DNA from: an uncultured Gammaproteobacteria bacterium
GTDB lineage: Bacteria > Pseudomonadota > Gammaproteobacteria > CAWCPV01
Length of the DNA: 64,000 nucleotides
Assembly (NCBI GenBank): GCA_963797555.1
Contig: CAWCPV010000004.1
Span: forward strand, 256,001-320,000
Direction: 5' to 3'
The notes beneath the pieces are model-generated. The model was not told where the DNA came from and did not search any database. It saw only the letters and a list, made by a program, of their open reading frames with translations. Below are positions 54,380 to 64,000 of this stretch, in pieces. Positions within the stretch are counted from its first letter, which is position 1, and each line of letters opens with the position of its first letter. Position numbers and translations under genes: made by a program.

Positions 54380-54736
54380 TCAGGCCCTCACCCCGCGTTC
54401 GATCAAGACACCCACGTCCCTGGCCCCGCGGACGGCTCCGGGCTTGTTCACGCGCAGCCTCAGCCAGTCGATGGGAAACTCCTCGAGCAGGAGTTCGGCC
54501 ACGCGCTCCGCCAGGGTCTCTACCAGGTGGAACTGGCCCGCCCCGACGAAGGCGGTGAGGCGCTTGGCAACGGCCTTGTAATTCAGCGCGTCGCCCAAGT
54601 TGTCGCTGGCAGCGGCCCCCCGGATATCGAAACCCAGGTCCAGGTCGAGGACGACGGTCTGCTCGATGCGCCTCTCCCAGTCGAAGGCGCCGATGACCGT
54701 CTCAATCCTGAGACCGTGCAGGAACACGATGTCCAT
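54380..54736 (-). CDS. folB: Dihydroneopterin aldolase
   Basis: IG..DWER, LNY, LVETLAE and KPGAV...VGV.IER. Confidence 0.95.
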   Translation of the reverse strand: MDIVFLHGLRIETVIGAFDWERRIEQTVVLDLDLGFDIRGAAASDNLGDALNYKAVAKRLTAFVGAGQFHLVETLAERVAELLLEEFPIDWLRLRVNKPGAVRGARDVGVLIERGVRA

Positions 54737-54820
54737 CCTCGGACCTCTCGGCAGGCGCGGCTCGCCCGTAGTCGCACCCTACGCTTGACCGAGAGTCATT
54801 TTACCCGTTTCAATAGCGCC

Positions 54821-55414
54821 ATGCTAAGCGCGCTGCTAGCAGTGGCGTTGGCCTACCTGCTGGGCTCGGCGTCGAGCGCCGTCATCGTGTGTCGGCTCCA
54901 GGGCTTGCCCGACCCCCGAACCATCGGTTCGGGCAACCCCGGGGCTACCAACGTGCTGCGCGTGGCGGGAAAGGGCACGGCAGCCGTGGTGCTAGCCGCA
55001 GACATGCTGAAGGGCTTCCTCCCCGTGACCATGGCGGGCGCCCTCGGGGCTTCCGCGGCGGTGATGGCTCTGACTGGGATGGCGGCCTTCCTGGGACACC
55101 TGTATCCGGTATTCTTCCGGTTCCGCGGCGGCAAGGGTGTCGCCACTTACCTGGGAGTCCTCATCGCCCTCTCATGGCTGGCGGGTCTCGCCACGGTGGC
55201 GACCTGGCTGGCTGTGGCCTTGGTGTTCCGATACTCCTCGCTCGCCGCCATCACAGCGTCCGTGCTCAGCCCTCTTTACGTGGCACTCGGCAGCGCCACG
55301 CCGGAGTGGACGTTGGCCTGCGTCGTAATGAGTGCGCTGTTGCTGTGGCGCCACCGCACGAATATCCACAAACTCCTGTCCGGAAACGAGGAGAAGATCG
55401 GCACCCGAGCGTGA
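54821..55414 (+). CDS. plsY: Glycerol-3-phosphate acyltransferase
   Basis: GSGNPGATN, GH.YP...F.GGKGVAT and RH..NI. Confidence 0.96.
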   Translation: MLSALLAVALAYLLGSASSAVIVCRLQGLPDPRTIGSGNPGATNVLRVAGKGTAAVVLAADMLKGFLPVTMAGALGASAAVMALTGMAAFLGHLYPVFFRFRGGKGVATYLGVLIALSWLAGLATVATWLAVALVFRYSSLAAITASVLSPLYVALGSATPEWTLACVVMSALLLWRHRTNIHKLLSGNEEKIGTRA

Positions 55415-55428
55415 GCGGCCGCGGCGCT

Positions 55429-56442
55429 TCATAACGGCGCGAGGCTTTCCAGCGACCAGCGCGGCTTGACGCGGAAAGCCAGCGGCTCGCGGTGTCCGGC
55501 CTCCAGGCGCCGGGAGCCCGCGTAAGCGATCATGGCGCCGTTGTCGGTACAGAACTCCACTCTAGGGTAGTAGCAGCGCGCCCCCGCATCGGCCGCGAGG
55601 GTTTGCAGCCGCTGGCGCAAGCGGCGGTTCGCCCCCACGCCTCCGGCCACCACCAGGCGCTCCAGGCCGGTGTGCTCCAGTGCCCGCCGGCACTTGATGG
55701 CAAGGGTGTCGACGACGGCCTCCTGGAACGCCGCCGCGATGTCGGCCCGAACCTCGGGGCCACCTTCGCCCGCTCTCAGCATGGTGATGACGTGGGTCTT
55801 CAGTCCGCTGAAGCTGAAGTCGAGCCCGGGACGGTCGGTCATGGGGCGCGGGAAGTGCAAGCGCTGGGCGTCCCCGTCCTCGGCAAGCCGCGCCACGGCG
55901 GGGCCGCCGGGATAGCCCAGCCCCAGCGCCTTCGCCACCTTATCGAAGGCCTCGCCCGCTGCGTCGTCCAGCGACTCGCCCAGCACGTCGTAGCGGCCGA
56001 TGCCCTGCACCTTCACCAGCATCGTGTGGCCCCCCGAGACGAGCAGGGCCACGAAGGGGAAATCCGGGGGCTCCGGCTCGAGCAGGGGCGCCAGCAGATG
56101 AGCTTCCATGTGGTGTACGCCTACGGCCGGAACCGACCACGCCCACGCCAGGCTGCGGCCGAGGGCCGCCCCGACCAGCAGGGCGCCCATCAGCCCCGGA
56201 CCCGCCGTATAAGCCACCCCATCGATGCCCCGCGCGCCACACCCGGCTTCTTCCAGCACTTGGCGTAGCAACGGCGGCAGCTTGCGTACATGGTCTCGGG
56301 AGGCCAGCTCGGGCACTACGCCGCCGAAGGGAGAGTGGATCGCTATTTGGCTGTGGAGGGCGTGGGCCAACAGGCCCCGGCTGTCGTCGTAGACCGCGAC
56401 ACCCGTCTCGTCACAGGAGGTCTCGATACCGAGCACGCGCAT
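55429..56442 (-). CDS. tsaD: tRNA N6-adenosine threonylcarbamoyltransferase
   Basis: [30 protein letters not shown] and TDNGAMIA. Confidence 0.97.
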   Translation of the reverse strand: MRVLGIETSCDETGVAVYDDSRGLLAHALHSQIAIHSPFGGVVPELASRDHVRKLPPLLRQVLEEAGCGARGIDGVAYTAGPGLMGALLVGAALGRSLAWAWSVPAVGVHHMEAHLLAPLLEPEPPDFPFVALLVSGGHTMLVKVQGIGRYDVLGESLDDAAGEAFDKVAKALGLGYPGGPAVARLAEDGDAQRLHFPRPMTDRPGLDFSFSGLKTHVITMLRAGEGGPEVRADIAAAFQEAVVDTLAIKCRRALEHTGLERLVVAGGVGANRRLRQRLQTLAADAGARCYYPRVEFCTDNGAMIAYAGSRRLEAGHREPLAFRVKPRWSLESLAPL

Positions 56443-56529
56443 GGGGAGGAGTTGCCAGGTTGGCTGCTGGACCGGGTCGCCGCAGACCGGCACCGGCGAC
56501 AAGGGCCACCGGCCCGCTAACTTGGCGAT

Positions 56530-56559
56530 TTGCACCAGGCAGGGCGTAGCTATTATACT
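56530..56559 (+). promoter_or_regulatory. Putative sigma70 promoter of the rpsU-dnaG-rpoD operon
   Basis: TTGCAC-N18-TATACT upstream of the rpsU AAGGAG RBS. Confidence 0.5.
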
Positions 56560-56617
56560 TTACAGTTTGTCGCTCGTCCCAGCGGCTCGCCAATGACGCC
56601 ACGTCGAAAGGAGAACT

Positions 56618-56833
56618 ATGCCCTCTGTTAAGGTGAGAGACAACGAGCCCTTCGATATCGCCTTGCGGCGCTTCAAACGCGCCTGCGAAAAGGCCGGAGT
56701 GCTCACGGAAGTGCGTCGTCGCGAGTATTACGAGAAGCCGTCAGAGGAACGTAAGCGCAAGTCCGCTGCAGCGGTCAAACGCCACCTGAAGAAACTCTCC
56801 CGGGAGACAGTGCGTCGGCCCCGCCAGCACTGA
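56618..56833 (+). CDS. rpsU: 30S ribosomal protein S21
   Basis: [17 protein letters not shown] and YEKP. Confidence 0.97.
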   Translation: MPSVKVRDNEPFDIALRRFKRACEKAGVLTEVRRREYYEKPSEERKRKSAAAVKRHLKKLSRETVRRPRQH

Positions 56834-56839
56834 TGTCGC

Positions 56840-57295
56840 ATGGAACCTCTGAGGAGGCGCATCCAGGAGGACATGAAGGCGGCCTTACGTGCCCGTGACA
56901 AGCGTCGTCTGGGCATAGTGCGCCTCATCTTGGCGGCTATCCAGCAGCGCGAGGTGGACGAGCGTATCGAGCTGGACGAAACTCAGGCGCTTGCAGTGCT
57001 GGAGCGCATGATCAAGCAGCGCCGGGACTCTCTCGCGCAGTTCCAGGCGGGTGGACGGCAAGATCTGGCGGATCAGGAGGGCTACGAGATCGAAGTCATC
57101 CAGTCCTACCTCCCGCCACTCCTCTCCGCGACAGAGCTGAATACGCTAGTCGACGAGGTCGTTCGTGAGATGGGCGCCCGCTCGCCCCAGGATATGGGCA
57201 AGGTGATGGGAGCGCTGAGACCTCGCATCCAGGGACGCGCGGACATGCGCCAAGCCAGCGATCTCGTGAGAGACCGGCTGCAGGGGCCGTACTGA
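56840..57295 (+). CDS. GatB/YqeY domain protein
   Basis: DMKAALRA, KQRRDS..QF...GR.DLA.QE and DMGKVMG; located between rpsU and dnaG. Confidence 0.93.
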   Translation: MEPLRRRIQEDMKAALRARDKRRLGIVRLILAAIQQREVDERIELDETQALAVLERMIKQRRDSLAQFQAGGRQDLADQEGYEIEVIQSYLPPLLSATELNTLVDEVVREMGARSPQDMGKVMGALRPRIQGRADMRQASDLVRDRLQGPY

Positions 57296-57417
57296 GGGTG
57301 TCCGCACCGACCGGCGGCGGGGCGTCCGGGAGCGCAGGCGCGCGTTAGCCGCCACGCCATCGGCCCATGGCTCTGGCGGCCGCTCACGCTGCGCCGACCG
57401 CGCGGTCAGCTCCAAGT

Positions 57418-59169
57418 TTGCACACCAGAATCCCCCAACAGTTCATCGACGAACTGATGGCCCGCGTCGACGTGGTCGAGGTCATCGAGCGGCGCGTGCC
57501 CTTGCGCAAGGCCGGCCGTAACTACCTGGCCTGCTGCCCCTTCCATCACGAGAAAACCCCCTCCTTTACGGTGAGCCCCGAGAAGCAGTTCTACCACTGT
57601 TTCGGCTGCGGTGCTCACGGAACCGCAGTGGGGTTTCTCATGGCCTATGACCACATGGGCTTCGTCGAGGCCATAGAGGATCTGGCCCGGCAGGCGGGCA
57701 TGCAGATCCCCCAGGAGGCCCCGCTCGATACAGACAGCGGTGCAGAGACCCTGTACCCGCTTCTCGCCCGTGCTGCGGACTTCTATCAGACTCAGCTGCA
57801 GCAGTCGCGTGGTGCCCAGGAGTACGTGGCGTCCCGCGGGCTGGGCAGTGCCGTGGTCGCCGAGTTCGCCATCGGCTACGCCCCGCCCGGTTGGGACGCA
57901 CTAACCAAGGCACTCGGCCAGAGCGCCGCAATCCGAGCCCAGATGGCGCAGGCCGGTCTCTTGGTGGCGAAAGCGGACGGCGGCTACTACGACCGCTTCC
58001 GCGACCGGCTGATGTTCCCTATCCATGGCTCGCGCGAGCGCGTGATCGGCTTCGGAGGGCGCGTAATCGGAGAAGGCACGCCGAAATACCTCAACTCTCC
58101 CGAGACGCCCATCTTCCACAAGGGCCGCTCCCTCTATGGCGTGCACCAACTGCGTAAAGCCCACGCGAGGCCGGAACGGGTTCTGGTAGTGGAAGGCTAC
58201 ATGGACGTGGTCGGGCTGGTCCAGCACGGCATCGGATACGCCGTCGCCACACTGGGAACGAGCACTACCCCAGACCACATCAAGCACCTGCTGCGCCTCG
58301 CGCCAGAGGTCGTGTTCTGCTTCGACGGCGACGCGGCGGGCCGACAGGCGGCCTGGCGTGCGCTGGAGAGCGCGCTGCCCCTGGTGCGGGAGGGGCACCA
58401 CCTGCGGTTTCTGTTCCTTCCGGAAGGGGAGGACCCCGACAGCTTGGTGCGCGCCGAGGGCCGAGCCAGTTTCGAGGCCCGTCTCGCGACTGCGGTCCCG
58501 CTGTCCGCCCTGTTCTTCGACACCTTGGCGGCGCAGGCCGACACCAGCAGCCTAGATGGCAAAGCCCGTCTGGCGGAACTCGCGAGACCCTTGCTGTCTA
58601 AGCTTCCTGCGGGAATATTCCGCCAGATGATGGTGCACCGCTTGGCGGACATTACGGGCGCGGGCGCCTCGGCGTTGAATCGCTTTCTGGGAAGCGCGTC
58701 GCCGCAGCCGATTCGCCCGCCTCCGGCAGACCAGCCGCCTCACGTATCCCCGGTACGCCTAGCGATAGCGCTGCTGCTGCACCGCCCGGCGCTCGCCGAA
58801 GGCTTGGACCCCGGTGACTTGCGGGACATCGACTTACCCGGCATAGCTTTGCTAGTAGAGATGCTTGATTTGCTGAGGCAAAACCCCCAACTCAGCCCCG
58901 GGGCGCTGCTCGAGCGCTGGCGTGACCGTCCCGAGGGCCGGCACTTGGAGAAGCTGGCGCAGTGGCCCCTGATAGTCCCCGATGACGGCATGGAAGCCGA
59001 GTTCGACGGTGCAATTCGCCGCCTCCGCGCCAGGCGCTCCGAAAAGCGCACCGATGAATTGCTCGGGAAGGCCGGACGCACGGAGCTGACCGCCGCCGAA
59101 AAGCGCGAACTGCGCGGCCTCCTTGATGCCGGCCGGCGGGGGTCACAACACAACGCCGGTCCCGAGTGA
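57418..59169 (+). CDS. dnaG: DNA primase
   Basis: [32 protein letters not shown] and DPD. Confidence 0.97.
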   Translation: MHTRIPQQFIDELMARVDVVEVIERRVPLRKAGRNYLACCPFHHEKTPSFTVSPEKQFYHCFGCGAHGTAVGFLMAYDHMGFVEAIEDLARQAGMQIPQEAPLDTDSGAETLYPLLARAADFYQTQLQQSRGAQEYVASRGLGSAVVAEFAIGYAPPGWDALTKALGQSAAIRAQMAQAGLLVAKADGGYYDRFRDRLMFPIHGSRERVIGFGGRVIGEGTPKYLNSPETPIFHKGRSLYGVHQLRKAHARPERVLVVEGYMDVVGLVQHGIGYAVATLGTSTTPDHIKHLLRLAPEVVFCFDGDAAGRQAAWRALESALPLVREGHHLRFLFLPEGEDPDSLVRAEGRASFEARLATAVPLSALFFDTLAAQADTSSLDGKARLAELARPLLSKLPAGIFRQMMVHRLADITGAGASALNRFLGSASPQPIRPPPADQPPHVSPVRLAIALLLHRPALAEGLDPGDLRDIDLPGIALLVEMLDLLRQNPQLSPGALLERWRDRPEGRHLEKLAQWPLIVPDDGMEAEFDGAIRRLRARRSEKRTDELLGKAGRTELTAAEKRELRGLLDAGRRGSQHNAGPE

Positions 59170-59249
59170 GCTGGCAAAGTCCGGGGTTTTGTCCTAAACC
59201 TTATACGTCACGCCTATCCCAGCGACCGTCAACAGAGCTAGTGCGCCAT

Positions 59250-61065
59250 ATGGACCAGGAGTCACAACTGAAGCTGCTGATCGCCAAGGGCAAGGAGCAG
59301 GGTTTCCTGACTTACAGCGAAGTCAACGACCATTTGCCCGACGACATCGTCGATCCCGAGCAGATCGAAGACATCATCTGCATGATCAGCGATATGGGCA
59401 TCCCGGTGCACGAGGAGGCGCCGGACCTGGACACCCTGCTGATGTCCGAAACCATCGCAGATGATGAGATGGCGGAGGAAGCGGCTGCTGCACTGGCCAT
59501 CGTCGACAGCGAGTTTGGTCGCACCACGGACCCCGTGCGCATGTACATGCGGGAGATGGGCGCGGTGGAGCTTCTCACCCGCGAGGGTGAGATCGAGATC
59601 GCAAAGCGCATCGAGGAAGGACAGGTCCAGATGCTCTCGGCGCTGGCTACCTATCCGGAGACCATCGCCGCGCTGCTGCACGAGTACGAGCGCGTGGAGG
59701 CCGGTGAGCTGAACCTCGCAGACCTCATCACGGGATACAGCGAGCCCGCCGGTCTGGACGAGGAAGCAGCGAGCGAGGAGTCCGAGGATCTGGAAACCGA
59801 TGTAGAGGGCGATGACGCGGAAGACGACGCAGACGACGCGGTGGAGGCGGGTCTGGACATCGAGGCGGCGCGCGCCCGCTTCACGGCGCTGCGTGAGCTG
59901 TACGAGAAGTGCCGCGGCGTCACGGCCGAGTATGGACGCGATCACCAAGAAAGCCGCCAAATTCGCCAGGCTCTCGCAGAGTGCTTTCTTGGGTTCAAGC
60001 TGCTCCAGAAGGTCGTCGACCGCATCGTCAACAAGCTGCGCGCCACGGTGGAACGGATTCGTAGGGAGGAGCGCAACATCATGGAGATCTGCGTCAAGAA
60101 AGCGCAGATGCCACGCGGGGAGTTCATCGCGTTATTCCCCAGTCATGAGACCGATCCGGACTGGATCCGGCACTGCATCCGCGCGGGTGGACCCCACGCC
60201 GGCGCTTTGGAGCGGGAGTCGGAGAGTATCCGGCAGGCGCAACAGATCCTGCGGGCCATCGAGCGGCAAACCGGCCTATCCATCGGTCAGACCAAGGAGA
60301 TCAACCGCCAGATCTCGATTGGAGAGGCAAAGGCACGGCGGGCCAAGAAGGAGATGGTGGAGGCCAACCTGCGTCTGGTGATCTCCATCGCCAAGAAGTA
60401 CACCAACCGCGGCCTACAGTTCCTGGACCTCATCCAGGAGGGGAACATCGGCCTCATGAAGGCGGTGGACAAGTTCGAATACCGGCGCGGCTACAAGTTT
60501 TCGACCTACGCGACGTGGTGGATCCGGCAGGCCATCACCCGCTCCATTGCCGACCAGGCCCGCACCATCCGCATCCCAGTGCACATGATCGAGACCATCA
60601 ACAAGCTGAACCGGGTGGCCCGGGCGATGCTCCAGGAGATGGGGCGTGAGCCGACGCCCGAGGAACTGGCGGTGCGCGTCGAGATGAGCGAGGACAAGGT
60701 GCGCAAAGTCTTGAAGATCGCGAAGGAGCCCATCTCGATGGAGACACCCATCGGCGACGATGAGGATTCTCACTTGGGCGACTTCATCGAGGACTCCAGC
60801 GCGGCCTCGCCGGTGGACGTGGCCGTCTTCGAAGGCCTTCGCGAGGCCACGCATGAGGTACTGGCCGAGCTCAGCCCGCGAGAAGCCAAGGTGCTGCGCA
60901 TGCGCTTCGGGATCGACATGAACACCGACCACACTCTCGAGGAGGTCGGCAAACAGTTCGAACGTCACCCGCGAGCGTATCCGCCAGATCGAGGCCAAGG
61001 CTCTGCGGAAGCTTCGCCACCCCTCCCGCTCCGAGCAGTTGCGCAGCTTTCTCGACATGGAGTGA
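59250..61065 (+). CDS. rpoD: RNA polymerase sigma70 (apparent +1 frameshift at ~60961)
   Basis: [24 protein letters not shown] and [12 protein letters not shown]; removing one A from TTCGAACGTC restores [24 protein letters not shown]. Confidence 0.97.
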
Positions 61066-61313
61066 GGGTCGGACCCCCTGCCAAGACCGCGGGCTAGCAC
61101 TCGCGGTTCGTATTTCGCGTGGGCCCGGTGCGCGACACGGGCTTGGGACCGGGGAGGGCTGCCTAAGGCTGCAGCGGATAACGAGGGAGGTCCGGCGGCC
61201 CTTTCCCCGCCGGCGACCGAGGCCTCTGCATCCCAAGCGCACGGCGACATCGAGCGAGGAGGCGGCGTAACTCTACGGTGGCCGCTCCGCCATGCAAGCG
61301 ATGGCACCGCACA

Positions 61314-61390
61314 GGGCCTGTAGCTCAGCCGGTCAGAGCGGGGGACTCATAATCCCTTGGTCGCAGGTTCGAATCCTGCCAGGCCCACCA
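61314..61390 (+). tRNA. ileX: tRNA-Ile(CAT), lysidine-type (ileX-like)
   Basis: GGGCCTG/CAGGCCC acceptor stem, CTCATAA anticodon loop, GGTTCGAATCC T-arm and encoded CCA. Position after rpoD favours Ile2 over Met. Confidence 0.9.
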
Positions 61391-61559
61391 ACTCCCACAA
61401 GGCTTTCAACGTTGTCCGCTTCGGTCTCGAAAGGCTCTTGGGACACTGGTGGGACATTTGCTCTCACGGGACACCCAGACAGCGCGTCGTTCACCCGGCG
61501 CAGGGCCTCGGTCAAAAAGTTCTCTAACAGCCCCGAGTATAGGATCTCTTATATCTACA

Positions 61560-61643
61560 ACCGGTAAGATCGGTAATAAGAAGCCCTGTGCCAGTAGGGC
61601 TAGCTGCATTACCGGTTTGAAAGGGGACCGGTAAGATCGGTAA
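61560..61643. repeat. Iteron-like direct repeats
   Basis: ACCGGTAAGATCGGTAA at 61560-61576 and 61627-61643; inverted TTACCGG at 61609. Confidence 0.8.
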
Positions 61644-61646
61644 GGT

Positions 61647-61885
61647 TCACTGCCCGAACAGCGCCTCGTTCATCCGGCCGAGCGCTTCCGCCTTGTGCTG
61701 GTCCGACAGGTGGGCGTAGCGCTTCACCATCTGGAGGGTCTGGTGGCCCAGCACGTCGGCGATGGTCAGCATGTCCGCGCCGCTCATGGCGAGGTAGCCC
61801 GCGGCGGTGTGGCGCAGGTCGTGGAAGCGGAAGTCCCGAATGTCCGCTCGTTTGAGCGCAGTCTCCCAGGGTGTGCGCAGGTCGT
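61647..61885 (-). pseudogene. Tyrosine integrase, C-terminal fragment
   Basis: FHDLRHT, LGH and RYAH catalytic motifs; the N-terminal part is absent; lies next to the tRNA. Confidence 0.88.
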
Positions 61886-62145
61886 CGTGGAATATGAAGT
61901 GCTGGTGGAAGAACCACACCGCACCGAGCAGCGAGTGCATGCACGCCTCGCCAACGTTCGAGAGCGGAAGGAATGGTTTCGTTGTTCCCCGGAACAGGCC
62001 CTTGAGATACAGAGCACGGTTGGCGGTTTAGCCATCTTCGGGGACTATAACGGGCGAATCGTCAGAAAGGTCGAGGAGCTCCGTAGACAGCAAGAAACGG
62101 AGATTCACCGCCAGCATCAGCGGCAAGAACAAGAGAAGAGAGAAC
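61885..62145 (+). pseudogene. T5orf172/GIY-YIG-like fragment
   Basis: E.RVH..L......KEWF motif followed by a charged helix; no N-terminus. Confidence 0.55.
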
Positions 62146-62420
62146 CCTATCGTTGCAAAACCTTTCTGATCATGCCGCTTTCTGCAGGGCCTGCAGATAA
62201 TGCAACAGGTCGTGCTGGACGGCTGAATTGGCGCTCATCGACAGGGTCAATCGACCTTGTGGACGGATCAGGCGACCGGCGCGCTGGATGAGCCGGCAGC
62301 GCAGCGTATTGAGACGGGCGAAGTCCCACAATGCGGGCCGTTTCTGCGAGACACGGCGGGGTAGTGGACGCGCTATCATCTGAAGCTCCCGGCTGAGGTT
62401 GTGGGCGAGCAGTGTCGAGA
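62144..62420 (-). mobile_element. IS1380-family 3' remnant
   Basis: AHNL.RELQM...TLR.RLIQRAGRL.RPQG; end sequence TTGCAACGATAGGG. Confidence 0.7.
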
Positions 62421-62538
62421 GGCGTTGTCGATCAAATAAATTTATGGGCGCATTAAATGTACTATGGGCCTGGCCCCAGGAGGGGTTTCCCCGGTTTTCC
62501 CCCTATTTGGCGCGTTTGGGCAGACCGAGCCTGTTCAT

Positions 62539-64000
62539 GGCTCTTTCGGTAATTGTGTGGATCGTGGTGGTCGAGTAGCATCCGTTCTGAGCAATCGTCT
62601 ATCACAACATCTTGTGGTTGGGCCTGTGGGGTTGTGGGCGAGAGGCCCGCGAGTGTGGGCAACCGGGAGGTTGTCCACACGGTCCTTGGGACGCGGGCCG
62701 CTCCGCAGGACTCGTCCACAAATCCACAGGCCATCAAGGGGGGAGCGCCATGGAGCCAACGCATCTATTCACGACGGCACTGGGTCTCACGGCGCCTTGG
62801 GAAGTCACCGGCGTACGCTTTGACCCCGAGGCTGGGCGCATCGACCTCGAGGTGGCCTTTGCCAAGGGGAGCCGCTTCGCCTGCCCGGCGTGCGGAGCGC
62901 CAGGCCAGCCGGTGCATGATACCCGCAAGCGCAGCTGGCAGCACCTGAGCTTCTTTAAGTCACGGGCAGACCTGCACGCGCATCTGCCGCGAGTGCGCTG
63001 TGAGAGCTGCGGCAAGACGACTCAGGTCGAGCCGCCGTGGGCGCGCGCACAGAGTGGCTTCACGGCGCTGATGGAGGCACTGGTGGTGACGCTGTGCCAG
63101 GCGATGCCGGTGGCGACCGTCGCCCGGCACCTGGGCGTGGGCGATGAGCGCCTGTGGGGGGTGCTCGAGCACTACGTGGAGGCGGCCCGCGCCCAGGAGG
63201 ACCACTCCCCGGTGCGCGCCGTGGGCCTGGACGAGACCGCCGCCCGGCGTGGGCAGCACTACATCAGCCTGTTCCATGACCTCACGGGCAAACGCCTGCT
63301 GTTCGCCTGCGAGGGCCGCGACCAGAGCACCGTGGCGGCCTTTGCCGCCGACCTCCAGGCGCACGGGGGCGACCCGCAGGCCATCGAGCAGGTGTGCATC
63401 GACCTGTCCGCCGCTTATCTCGCCGGGGTGACCAAGCATCTGCCTAAAGCCACGGTGAGCTTCGATGCCTTCCATGTCATCCAGCTCGCCAACCAGGCCG
63501 TCGATACAGTGCGCCGCGAGGAGGTCAAGACCGAGCCCGCCCTCAGAGGCACCCGCTGGACCTGGCTCAAAGACGCCCACGACTGGACCTGGGAGCAGCT
63601 CACCGACTTTCACTGGCTCTCCCGCGCCCGGCTCAAGACCGCCCGTGCCTGGCGCCTCAAGGAGGCGCTGCGCGATATCTACGCCACGGCCAGCACCCTC
63701 GAGCAGGCCGAGACCGCGCTCACGCGCTGGTATAGCTGGGCACGGCGTAGCCGCCTGCAACCCATGAAGCACCTCGCTGCCACTCTGAAAGACCACTGGG
63801 ACGGTGTGCTCGCCGCGTTCGACTCCGGCCTCACCAACGGCCGCGCCGAGGGCATCAACTCCCTCATCCAGGCCGCCAAAGCCCGCGCCCGGGGCTACCG
63901 CACCACGCACTCGCTCATCACCATCGCCTACCTCATCGCGGGCAACCTGGCCCACTTGCCGGCCTCGCCGTTCAACACACGATCTTGTGTCAGACCTCAG
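62539..64000 (+). mobile_element. ISL3-family element, copy 2 (runs off the window)
   Basis: Left IR GGCTCTTTCGGTAATTG at 62539; near-identical reverse complement of copy 1. Confidence 0.95.
62750..64000 (+). CDS. ISL3 transposase (3'-partial)
   Basis: MEPTHLFTTALG start; open to the window end; nearly identical to 37038-38309. Confidence 0.93.
   Translation, partial: MEPTHLFTTALGLTAPWEVTGVRFDPEAGRIDLEVAFAKGSRFACPACGAPGQPVHDTRKRSWQHLSFFKSRADLHAHLPRVRCESCGKTTQVEPPWARAQSGFTALMEALVVTLCQAMPVATVARHLGVGDERLWGVLEHYVEAARAQEDHSPVRAVGLDETAARRGQHYISLFHDLTGKRLLFACEGRDQSTVAAFAADLQAHGGDPQAIEQVCIDLSAAYLAGVTKHLPKATVSFDAFHVIQLANQAVDTVRREEVKTEPALRGTRWTWLKDAHDWTWEQLTDFHWLSRARLKTARAWRLKEALRDIYATASTLEQAETALTRWYSWARRSRLQPMKHLAATLKDHWDGVLAAFDSGLTNGRAEGINSLIQAAKARARGYRTTHSLITIAYLIAGNLAHLPASPFNTRSCVRPQ

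Noticed and set aside
59250-61097. rpoD as a true pseudogene or a variant with a novel C-terminus
   Set aside because: Removing one base restores canonical region 4.2 of an essential gene, so a sequencing error is far more likely.

Overview
High-GC gammaproteobacterial chromosomal segment; the taxonomy is inferred from gene content and synteny. Bases 1-27,000 are core genes: mutL, a MoaD-like protein, DUF1249, YcbK, a BtuCD-like ABC pair, a HAD phosphatase, rppH-ptsP, mutS, htpX with a sigma32 promoter, DUF1015, FimX- and FimW-like genes, epmB-efp-epmA, an MCE/Mla-like ABC system, psd and nadC. Bases ~27,300-48,200 are an accessory zone containing a 530-aa orphan, nested insertion sequences of at least seven types (IS256, IS5, ISL3, IS1380, ISAzo13, ISKra4 and an unclassified DDE element), a truncated nhaA, a full-length group II intron and several small hypothetical genes. 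Bases 48,200-61,400 hold an out-of-context ftsH with an internal strand-skew gradient, then the conserved cca-folB-plsY-tsaD-rpsU-dnaG-rpoD block and tRNA-Ile(CAT). These are followed by a decayed tRNA-integrated element and a second ISL3 copy. Single +1 frameshifts in mutL, epmA, the pteridine reductase gene, rpoD and the intron RT are most likely insertion-biased sequencing errors. The most notable observations are: (i) an unclassified transposon with defined TIRs and a 5-bp TSD at the exact apex of a ~100-bp-arm fold-back palindrome; (ii) an atypical group II intron with an AAC triad and non-canonical ends; (iii) a probable duplicated, gene-converted ftsH; and (iv) a structured ISL3 leader. 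I found no clearly new multi-gene system that the sequence alone can support, and all family assignments come from motif recognition rather than database searches.
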